Shown piece by piece: positions 1 to 10,200 of a DNA stretch of 64,000 bases (position 1 is its first letter; each line of letters opens with the position of its first letter). The notes under the pieces are model-generated. The model searched no databases. It worked only from the letters and a program-made list of their open reading frames with translations, and was not told the DNA's origin. A program made the translations under genes and the position numbers. Source of the stretch: Hemiscyllium ocellatum (taxonomy: Eukaryota); contig NC_083403.1 in the NCBI RefSeq assembly GCF_020745735.1, positions 74,681,003 to 74,745,002 of the forward strand. The letters run 5' to 3'.

Positions 1-82
1 ACAAACTGGCTAAAGAACTACAATTGAAAATGTGTTGCTGGTCAAAGCACAGCAGGCCAGGCAGCATCTCAGGAATAGAGAA

Positions 83-116
83 TTCGACGTTTCGAGCATA
101 AGCCCTTCATCAGGAA
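83..116 (-). ncRNA. Minimal hammerhead ribozyme motif in a Penelope-type tail (about 20-116)
   Basis: Reverse strand reads UUC-CUGAUGA-A-GGGC-UUAU-GCUC-GAAA-CGUC-GAA. Confidence 0.65.
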
Positions 117-844
117 AGAACTACAATAGAAACTGAAACACCTGATCAGGGGATCCAGACATGCTATACAGTCAACACAAGAATTCTTGGACATCATCAG
201 AAATATACACATAAACAAGGAAGAAACTATGGTCTCATTCAATCTAACGGCACTGTTCACCTCTATCGACAAAACCCTAGCCAGAGAAACAATAGCCAAC
301 CTGCTGGATACAGAACAGACAACAAGACGGGGAATCTATCAACAAAGACTGTATAATCAAACTACTGGACTTGTGCCTCACAACATACTTCACAAATATA
401 TGAACAAATCAACGACACACCTATGGGCTCACCCATCTCTGGACTCATAGCAGAAGCTGTAAAGCAAAGATTAGAACAATCAGTCTTACCGCAAACTCAA
501 CCCAAACTCTGGGTCAGATATGTGGATGACACCTTTGTAATCATTAAAAACACAGAAATAGAGAACACACACCGGATCATCAACACTACACTCACAAGAA
601 TCCGATTCACTAGAGAGGAAGAAAAGGACAACCAACTCCCATTCCTAGACATGATGGTACAGAGAACACCTAACGGAGATTTCACCACAAAGATACACAG
701 GAAAGCCACACACACAGACCAAGTCCTGAACTACGAAAGCAACCACCCCAACACACACACAAAAGAAGTTGCATCAAGATACTGTTCAAAAGGGCCACAA
801 CACACTGCAGTTGGTTTTGCAGAACTGCAAAAAGAGGAAGAAGT

Positions 845-1156
845 GGGTGGCACGGTGGCACAAGTGGTTAGCACTGCTGCCTCACAGCGCCTGAGACCCG
901 GGTTCAATTCCCGCCTCAGGCGACTGACTGTGTGGAGTTTGTACGTTCTCCCCGTGTCTGCGTGGGTTTCCTCCGGGTGCTCTGGTTTCCTCCCACAGTC
1001 CAAAGATGTGCGGGTCAGGTGAATTGGCCATGCTAAATTACCCGTAGTGTTAGGTAAGGGGTAAATGTAGGGGTATGGGTGGGTTGCGCTTCGGCGGGTC
1101 GGTGTGGACTTGTTGGGCCGAAGGGCCTGTTTCCACACTGTAAGCAATCTAATCTA
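845..1156 (+). mobile_element. HE1-like tRNA-derived SINE, young copy
   Basis: A box (tggcacaagtgg), B box (gggttcaattcc), central gtgggtttcctccgggtgctc core, LINE-like tail gggccgaagggcctgtttcc, (aatct)n end. Confidence 0.9.
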
Positions 1157-1770
1157 AAAAACACCTAATGTATTCGCCAAAAACGGATACCCCTGCAATT
1201 TCATCAACAGATGCCTAAGGGAAAGACAAAGGACTAGCCACACTACCATACATCAAAAACATTTCTGAACTGACAGCCAGACTACTACGACCACTAGGAC
1301 TCATAATAGCACACAAACCAACAGCCACTCTCAGACAACAACTCACCAGGACAAAGGACCCGATACCCAGCATGAGTAAAACCAACATAGTGAACAAAAT
1401 CCCATGCAAGGACTGCACAAAACACTACATAGGACAAACAGGAAGACAGCTAATGATCCGTATCCATGAACACCAACTAGCCACGAAACGACACGACCAG
1501 CTATCCTTATTGGCCACACACACAGATGACAAGCAACATGAGTTCAACTGGGACAACACTACTATTATAGGACAAGCCAAACAAGAGCAGCCAGGGAATT
1601 CCTAGAGGCATGGCACTCATCCACAGATTCAATCAATAAGCACATCGACCTGGACCCAATATACCGGCCACTGCAGCAGACAGCTGGAACTGACAACCAG
1701 AAGCCGCAGATACAAACCACTATAAATGCCGGAGGAAACAATACAGAAGCGCTTCACAGGAGGCCCCTAA

Positions 1771-1810
1771 GCACTGAAGATGTCACCTAAACAAGGGACG
1801 AAACGTCTGC
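1771..1810 (+). ncRNA. Minimal type I hammerhead ribozyme motif (Penelope terminal repeat)
   Basis: GCA-CUGAAGA-U-GUC(a)CCU..AGG-GAC-GAAA-CGUC-UGC; stem I GCA/UGC, palindromic ACGU stem III, GUC cleavage triplet. Confidence 0.7.
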
Positions 1811-2189
1811 AACACAAATTCCTAGCTTAGTCAATACATTTTTTTAATTTTAAAAATATACTTTATTCATAAAATATCTTTCTTTACATATACTGTCCCA
1901 AAAGCAGTTCAGTTCTGTACAGTAGCATATGAAGAAACAATCAAACATTAGAGTTTAACTCAATCCCACAAACAACTCAAGGCATTTCTTAATTTTACAA
2001 GACTATATTTACATATATTTGAGGCATCAGGAAGGTCTGACTACTGAATGGACAAACATGTAACTTTGGCAGAAAGATCTTAAACAATCACCTTTCCCCA
2101 CAGCACGTTGACAGCAGCTACCCCAAGTTTTAGCCCTTGTCAATATATCTCGAGACACAAAAACTGCACATCTTGGAATCCAGGATAGA

Positions 2190-2830
2190 GAAACAAGAGG
2201 CTGGGAGAACACAGCAAGCCAGGCAGCATCAGGAGGTGGAGAAGTCAATGTTTCAGGTGTAATCCTTCTTCAGGATTGGTGGTGGATGTAAAAGGAGCTG
2301 CAGATAAAGTGGGGAGGTGGGGAGGAGGATTTAGGTGAGGACAGGGGTGGACTGGTGAGGTAGGGATGGGTGCACACAGGTAGAGGGTATGACCTCGTTG
2401 GTCGATGGGAGGAATGAATCCAATTAATAGCTAGAAGGAAAGGTCAGTCAGAGGAATGGAAGGGAGGAGGAGGTGGTGCTGGAAAGGCAGACGGGGGATA
2501 GGAAGGGAGGCTATTTGAAATTGGAGACCCTAATGTTGAGTCCTCTGGGCTGTAGGCTATCTAGGCGGAAGATGAGGTGTTGCTCCTTGGAGGATAGCTA
2601 CCTACCGGATTCATTTCTCCAATCGACCAACCAGGTCATACCCTCAACCTGTGTTCACCTATCCTGACCTCACTACTCTGTCCCTCTTCCCATCTAAAAC
2701 CTTCTCTCACACCCCCACCTTTTATCTGTAGCTCCCCATAGGCACACCCCGAGTCCTGAAGAAGGGTTACAATCAAAATGTTGGCTTCTCCACCTCCTGT
2801 GGCTTGTGTTCTTTCAGCCTCCTGCTTGTC
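2190..2830. mobile_element. Fold-back pair of Penelope-type tails
   Basis: About 2191-2432 is an imperfect inverted copy of about 2594-2830; each arm has a decayed cctgaagaaggg..gaaa hammerhead. Confidence 0.7.
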
Positions 2831-3680
2831 AATATGTCTGGCATTGATAGCTCTGTCCCTCTGAGATGCCCTTCAGCTTTGTGAGTTCACTGACCCCGCC
2901 TTCTCTTCTGGTGAAAGTTTCTGTTCCTGTGGAAGGCAGTTTCACAATGGCTAGTAGTTCTCTCATGTTCCAAGACTTTGCTTTGCTAGCACATTCTTTG
3001 AATTGTCAATGGTTTGACAACGTGAAATCCTCATGCACTGAAATTTAATTTGAAACACAACATTTAATTCCATTTAAACACATGCAAATACAACATATTT
3101 ACCTTTTTAACGTTATGAAAATATAAGGGTACTGTACCTTTAAGGGAGTAGAAAAGCTAGCAAGGACTTAAGGAGTTTGGAACAAGGTAACAATGTAACA
3201 TTTAGTTGAAATAGCTAAGAGCTGTGTTGCCAGGATACAAAAACAAATTTGAATTTGGCCAATCAGTTTAATTTATGCCCCAAGTTACCAAAATCCAATC
3301 GAATTTGAAAAAAATAATGGTTTGACAACACTAAACCAATGAAATGATCCAATGTTTCGGGGTATAAATATCAGACATTTTAAACAGTTACTCAGAATGG
3401 CAAAGAGAACTGCCAAAAGACCAGCAGATGTTGGCTGCTAGTAAGAGCTCTGAGAAGTACCTATATGGAGAAGGAGCTTTCATAGAAAAAACATCAAAAC
3501 TGACCTGGAGAGAGATCTACAGAGGAAACTTGGCAAAGCTGATGGGTTTTGAAACACAACTATTTTTCTACAAATCATAATCAGGATTTATTTTATTGAA
3601 CTAGTATTATAGAGGGGGAGGTAAAGGATAGGTTTAAGAGAAAGGAGTTGTAAAATAGTTGTTAGTTAATGTTCTCTGTT

Positions 3681-5376
3681 GGAGAGCCAAGATGGCGGCG
3701 ACTCAGCAAGTCTGAGTTTACAGTGCTCTTCCCAAAACCTGGGTAAAGTGAGTTACTCACCCCCCCACACTTACCAAACCACCCAAAAAAATTTTCTAAC
3801 CTTAATTAGCTGCTTACTATTATATTTAAGCAGTTTAATATTAAGTGGATAATGAGTAAACCAAAGGGATCCCGCAGCTCTCAGAAAACAAAGACCCCTC
3901 CCCCACCCTCCTCTCCTCCTCCGGCTGCAGCTGATGTAAAAACAGGCCTTGAAGAGATGATTGCCAGGCTGGAAACGACACTCGTCAATTTCATCGCAGA
4001 ATCCCGACAGAGATGGAATGCATTCGAAGAAAAGTTACAAAAGCACAGCCAGGCTCTCGAGGAATTACAGGGCTGAGTGAAGGGGGCGGAGCTAAAGGCC
4101 ACGACCTCCGAGGCTGCAGCACAAACAGCTGCAGAACAGATGCGAGCTCTGGAGCAGAGAGTCCGGGCCTTTGAAATCTACATGGATGACCTGGATAATA
4201 GAAATCGGAGAAAGAATATCCGTCTTCTGGGCCTCCCTGAACAAGAAGGGAAAGGACAGTTAGTAGTATTTCTGGAGCGATGGCTGCCCCAGCTTTTAAA
4301 CCTGGGGGCTGAAACTGACCGGGTAAGGGTGGAGTGGGCCTACCGGGTCGCAGTACGCGGATCTGGCCCAAACCAGCGCCCACGCCCGGTCCTGTTCCGG
4401 CTGCAGAGTTATAGGGAGAGGCAGATACTCCTGGACGCCTCCAGAAATCTTGGAAAGGATCCTAAAGCCATGATCCATGAAGGATCCAAGATTGTTATTT
4501 CAGGACTTCTCCCCGGCTTTGGCACGAAGGAGGAAGGCGTTTGATGAGGTGAAGAAATGTCTAAGGAACTTAAATATTCAATACACCTTACGCTACCCAG
4601 CGACGTTATGCTTTACCCATGAAGGATCCGAGTATAATTTTAGATCACCAGAAGAGGCTAAGGAACTTTTAGACTCGTTTAAATAAATCGTAAGAGACAA
4701 TTTATGTTGGCTTACCTCTTCCATACTCCGTGGGGAGAAGTGGATACTTTACTTTACTTTTGCTTCTGGGAGCAGGGTTGTCTTCCCTTGCTATTTTATG
4801 TTATTATACTTAACTGTAATCTGTTGGAGTTGTAATTTTATAGTTATGTGTGTTTGTACGTGGCATTGATGCTATCAGATATACTCAGGTATGGGTGGGG
4901 AGGGGTGGGGGTGGGGCGCTCACTGTTAACTCTAGCTCGGTATTATATCTAAATCCTATTAAGGAGCGCCCGGGTCAAGGGTGGGACACTGTTTGGGAGA
5001 GGATATGGTGGACCTTTAGAAAGGAAGTAAGGCCCCCTGAGAACAAGGGGGAGGATCTCCATTCAAACATTTTTTTTTGTTCTTATTGTTTGGAAATAGT
5101 TTCCTTTTTATTATACTGTTATGAGTGTATTAGAGAACATTTTCTCTTGTTTGAAGGATGTAAGTGACTCAACTATACACTCTGGATAATTGTGGATTAG
5201 ATTAGTAGTTAACTGAGTTTCATTGTTTTTCTTTCTTCTTTAGTATCATTCCTTTGAATTTTGATGATTATATATTTAAGATCTATTTTTATATTAATGT
5301 TTGTGCTTGAAAGTTCTGTTTATTTTTGTAAATCTGTCAAAATATTAAATTTCTAATAAAAATATCTTTTAAAAAA
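3681..5376 (+). mobile_element. ORF1-only L1-derived element (HAL1-like), full length, 13-bp TSD
   Basis: 5' end ggagagcCAAGATGGCGGCg (YY1-type site); ORF1 at 3852-4686; AATAAA and A-tail at about 5355-5378; TSD aatgttctctgtt at 3668-3680 and 5377-5389; no ORF2. Confidence 0.85.
3852..4686 (+). pseudogene. L1 ORF1p (coiled coil + RRM + CTD), disabled by one nonsense codon and one frameshift
   Basis: Three ORF-track pieces join: MSKPK...ELQG*VKGAE..., DDLDNRNRRKNIRLLGLPE, PRPVLFRL, FQDFS, LRYPATL. TGA at 4074-4076; frameshift near 4490. Confidence 0.85.
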
Positions 5377-6906
5377 AATGTTCTCTGTTAGACTTAAAAA
5401 ATAAAGTTGTTAATTTCTACTTAAAATACTGAGCTTTGGGATAGTACTTTGCCTCTTGAATTTTAACAGATTACAGCATGTGGGGAATTTTTTCTGTGTT
5501 GCTGGTTTAAATTAGCAGAGGGGTTTACCCTGTGTCGTAACATTAACAAGCCAATTGCCCTCTTGCTTTTTCCACCCGATTGCCTTCCCATTATCAGCAT
5601 GATTCAGTCCAGAGTTCCTGATGTGTCCTGCAGGATTCTATAGCCTCTTACCAACATGCCCTCTGCTCCATTAAGAATGAAAACCAAAACAGTTTGGAAG
5701 ATATAAAGCAAATTAGGGCAAAAGTCAAGAACAGAAAGATAGCTATTGGAAGAACATCACAGTAGTTTAAATAAAAGGGAAATTTGCAATCATGTAATTT
5801 TTCTCATATTTCAGCAAATGAAGTCTGGTCATAGCTACAAAGGTAGGGCAGTTCCTTGAGCCTGTTCCATAGGACTTTGTGGCTCATTCTCCATATATCT
5901 GCATATGTCCCACACCCCATAATAACTTTGGTTCACCAAAGTTTTATGAGTCTGTTTTATAATTATGAGTCAACCCATTGTCAATGGTCATTGGCAGAAG
6001 TTAACAAACAGCTTCCAACTTCTAAGTGTAATTTTGCTTCTTAATTTCACTCCCTGAAAGATCTTTCCACTGGAGTTGAGAACAGCAAAGGGTGTTTTGC
6101 TTTAAGTATATAAGATCCTGACGGCTCTTGGGAAGGTGAGTCCAGGCCTACTAGACACCTTAAAATTAATGATCACCCTTCTCCAGGTCAGGGAGAAGAA
6201 GAATGATTTTTCTTCTGAGGGTTGGATGTCTTTGAAACTCACTACCTCAGAAAATGGGAGATGGGATTGTAGAATTCCAAACATAAGCAGATCAGCCTTG
6301 AGTGGGCAGCATGCTTTAGGGCCTCCTTCCACTCCTAAACCATACATTTGTATTCTGGCAAATAATGCTGGACTTGCTCGGAGACAGTAATATTGTTTCT
6401 AACACTTATAGTCCTTCAGGGGAGGTTGAAGCATGGATTTGAACAGCCAATGCCCGACTTGTATTCTGGATCTATGGGTATAAAGGCCAATATTTTGAGC
6501 CTTTTTGATATTTTTACTGTATTGGTTCAAAGCATTGGAATGCTCCATATTCCTGGACCCTCAGGAATCTTTGGTCCTCCACAGTTTCTAACATTTCACT
6601 CTTTATAAAGTATCGTCTTTAGGACCATGGTAAATGATCCTCATGTCTGGACCTTTATTCTCCAGCATTTAGAAGAATAAAAAAATGATCTAATTCAAAC
6701 AACAGGATTCTGACAGGGCAAATGTAGGTGGGATATTTCCAATGGCAGGGGAGTCTGGAGTTAGGGCATACATTCTAAAATAATGACCAAGTCGTTTGGA
6801 TTGAAATAAGTAAACACTTCTTCGCTCAGACGCTGCTGAACACTTTCAGGAACCTCTGTCCCCGGAAGCAGCAGTCTCACCAGAAGTGGCGAGGCATCAA
6901 TATTCG

Positions 6907-7085
6907 CTGGGCTCGATTGGTCGGGGCGGATCGGTGTTCTCTGGGCTCGATTGGTCGGTGCGGATGGACGTCCTCTGGGCTCCATGGATCGGTGTTCTCT
7001 GGGCTCGATTGGTCGGTGCGGATGGACGTCCTCTGGGCTCCATGGATCGGTGCGGATCGGTGATCTCTGGGCTCCATTGATCGGC
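6907..7085. repeat. GC-rich minisatellite immediately upstream of the HINT3 ATG (58-bp unit, 2 exact copies plus partial copies)
   Basis: ggatcggtgttctctgggctcgattggtcggtgcggatggacgtcctctgggctccat at 6928-6985 and 6986-7043, with partial or variant copies on both sides. Contains reverse CCAAT boxes (GATTGG) and a GGGGCGGA GC box. Confidence 0.9.
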
Positions 7086-7094
7086 GCTGTTGCC

Positions 7095-7259
7095 ATGGCG
7101 GCGGTTGGTGTCGGGGATGATGGGGACACTGTGGGCCCAGTTGCGGCCGCAGAAGGATCTGAGGCCGGGGCTTCGGGAGCGGCCTATCCGGAATTTGATA
7201 AAAAATGCATCTTTTGTAGAATCGGGAATAGAGAGGAGTCGGTGGATTTGCTGCATTGG
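7095..7259 (+). CDS. HINT3: HINT3 coding exon 1
   Basis: gccATGG Kozak context in a CpG-rich region; MAAVG...[21 protein letters not shown]; donor TGG|GTGAGG, phase 0. Confidence 0.9.
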
Positions 7260-10200
7260 GTGAGGGGGCGGAAGTGTTTGAAACATTTATTTCCTGTCAT
7301 GATTTGGAGATGCCGGTGTTAGACTGGGGTGTACAAAGTTAAAAATCACACAACACCAGGTTATAGTCCAACAGGTTTAATTGGAAGCACACCAGCGACG
7401 CTCCTTTCATGAAAGAAGTGAAACTATCACTGTATTCTAACAGATGAAAGGCTTAACAAACAATCAATTTTTCAATGTATAATTTCAGTTACATCACACT
7501 GTAAATATTTGCTATAAATTCTGTGTTAGGATTGAGCCCTCCACTATCACCTGATGAAGAAGCGATGCTCCTAAAGCTACTGTGCTTCCAATTAAACCTG
7601 TTGGACTATAACCTGGTGTTGTGTGATTTTTAACTTTATTTCCTGTGACTGTTTAAAGAAAAGCATGTGGAGGCGCAGATGTTGGACTGGGGAGGGCAAA
7701 GTCACAAATCACACAACACCAGGTTATTGTCCAACAGGTTTATTTGGAAGCACTAGTTCAGAATGCTGCTCCTTCATCAGGTGGTTGTGGAGTATAAGAT
7801 CGTAGGACACAGAATTTATAGCAAAAGTTTGCAGTGTGATGTAACTGAAATTATATATTGAAAAATACTTGGATTGTTTGTTAAGTCGCTGATCTTTTAG
7901 AATGGGCATGCAGAACATTCTTAATGTTACATTCTCATGTGAACTTTAACTATGTTGGCCCAGATAATGCACTGCAGGTGAGAGATTGTCTGTGCCCCAA
8001 TGTTCAGACTGATTCTAATCTAAAAATTGGATTTACATATTCTTACATGGATTCATACAATTTTTGAGCAAAATAATGTGTAAGTCTGCAAGTACAAATT
8101 CACCCACAAACTTTGTATGTGTGTGTGTGAGAAAACAAAATGTATTTGTGGGTAAGATGGTGGTACGGCCCTGACAACATTCACAGGCATTAGTACTGAA
8201 GACTTAAGCCCAATGAACTTGCCAGTTCTCTGGCCAAACTGTCTCAGTACAATTACAACATCTACCCAACAATGTGGAAAATTGCCCAGGTACACATATT
8301 GTCCTGTACACAAAAAAAAGGACAAATCCAACCCGGCTAATGACCAGCCCATCAATCTACTCTTGATCATCAGTAAAGTGATAGAAGGTGCCATCAACAG
8401 CAGCTGCTCAGCAATAACCTGCTCGGCAATGCCCAGTTTGGGTTCAACCAGGGCCATTCAGCTCTTGACCTCATTAAACCATTGGTTCAAATGTGGGCAA
8501 AAGAGCTGCATTCCAGAGGCGAGGTGAGAATGATATCCCTTGACATCCAGACTGCATTCAACCAGGGTGTTGCATTAAGGAGCCCAAGCAAAACTGGAAG
8601 CAATGGGAAGCAGGGTGCAAACTCTCAGCTGGTTGGACTTGTACCTGACATAAAGGAAGATGGTTGTAGTTGTTGGTGATCAGTCATCTCAGCTCTAGAA
8701 CATCACAGCAGGAGTTCCTTAGGGTGATTGCACAATATTTAGAATCATTTGAGATTCATCAGATTCTGCATCAATCCAAGTTCAAATGCACCTGGATAAT
8801 GACAGGTTTTCACTGACAAGTGGCAAGTAATATTTGTGACATGTTGCCTTCAGGCTGCCTTCTTGAACCATTGCAGTCCATTTGGTGCAGGCAGATCCAC
8901 AGTTCTATTAGGAAAATCATTATAGGATCTTGTCCGAGCAACATTAAAGGAACAGTGATATATTTGCCTGGGAGAAGCAATGGCCTAGTGATGTTTTGCT
9001 AGACTGTAAATCTAGAAACTGAGCTACTGTTCCAGGGAACCTAGTTCAAATCTTGCCATGGCAGATGGCGGAATCTCAGTTCAATAAATATTTTGGTTTA
9101 GGGTTTAGTAACGCCCATGAAATCATTATCAATTATCAGGGAAAGACCTATCTGGTTCACTAATGTCCTTTAGGGAAGGAGCTCTGTTATTCTCACCTGG
9201 TCTGGCCAATGTGTGACTCCAGATCTATAACAATATGGTTGATGCTTAACTGCCCTCCAGGCAATTAGAGGTTGGCAATAAATGCTGGCCTAGCCAGAGA
9301 TGCCCACATCCCATGACTGACTGAAAAGAAAATTCAGAGTGAGGCTAATGGCTTAGAAATGAAGTAAACTTGTAGGTAGTGATGTTCCCCTGTATTTGGT
9401 AAATCTTGTATATGATATATACTGCTGCTACTGTGCCTCAGTAAAAGGATTGAATATTGAAGGTACTCCATGTGGTGGGAGTCACATAGACTGCTTTGAC
9501 CTAACGCTATGAAGCTTTTAGAGTGCTGAAGCTGCAGCCATCCAAGTGGTCAGGAGAATTCAGTCATGCCAATGTGTACCTTGAATACGGTGGTGAAGTT
9601 TAGGGAGTTAGCAAGCAACTTTCCCAATGCAGGATCCCTCATCTCTGAAACAAAACAGAAGTTCCAGGAAAATCTCAGCAGGTCTGGCAGCATCTGTGAA
9701 ATCAGACTTCATCGGGTCCAGTGACCCTTCCTCTGAACTGGTTAACTCTGATTTCATAGATGCTGCCAGACCAGCTGAGCTCTTCCAGCAACTTCTGTTT
9801 TTGTTTCTGGTTTACAGCATCCGCAGTACTTTTGGTTTTTATTTCCTGAGTTTCTGATCTGTTCTTGTAGCCACAATAGTTATATAGCTGGACAACTTCA
9901 GTTTCTGATCAATGGCAAACCACAAAATGTTAATAATCAAGGATTCAGCGATGGTAATACAAACTGAATGTCAAGTGATGATGGTTTAGATTCTCCCTTG
10001 TTGGAGGTAATCCATGGCTGGCACTTGTGAGCCCTGTTGTCTTACTGTATATTGACACTTACTGCTGCACTATCTGAGGAGTCACAAATGGTGCTGAATG
10101 CTACATTTGCAATCATCAATGATCCTTCCCACTTCTAACTTTGTGATACAAGAAAGGTAATTGAAATAGATAATGATGGACCAGGAGACAACCCTGAGGA

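Larger units (their letters stand above)
117..1830 (+). mobile_element. Penelope-like retroelement, 5'-truncated and degraded (RT + GIY-YIG), interrupted by a SINE
   Basis: RT motifs SFNLTALFT, MGSPISG, RYVDDTF and LPFLD; GIY-YIG region KIPCKDCTKHYIGQTGR..RIHEH; frameshifts; hammerhead motif in the 3' terminus. Confidence 0.88.
3111..5542 (+). mobile_element. Solo LTR (about 720 bp: 3111-3680 plus 5390-5542), split by an L1-derived insertion
   Basis: Termini cgttatga...tcgtaaca (TG..CA-type inverted ends, first base mutated); 4-bp TSD TTAA at 3107-3110 and 5543-5546; internal CCAAT boxes, TATAAATA at about 3363 and AATAAA at about 5400. Confidence 0.7.

Noticed and set aside
845-920. tRNA gene-like A and B boxes (also near 17200, 30820, 40600, 44550 and 52605)
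   Set aside because: These are SINE heads followed by SINE core and LINE-like tail, with no complete cloverleaf.
3107-5546. piggyBac transposon suggested by the TTAA duplication
   Set aside because: The termini are TG..CA-like, not CCC..GGG, and the internal CCAAT/TATA/AATAAA layout fits an LTR.
6761-7322. Several overlapping ORFs on both strands over the HINT3 start, and a possible CRISPR-like array
   Set aside because: The ORFs are by-products of a stop-poor GC-rich minisatellite. The units are contiguous with no unique spacers, and the context is eukaryotic.
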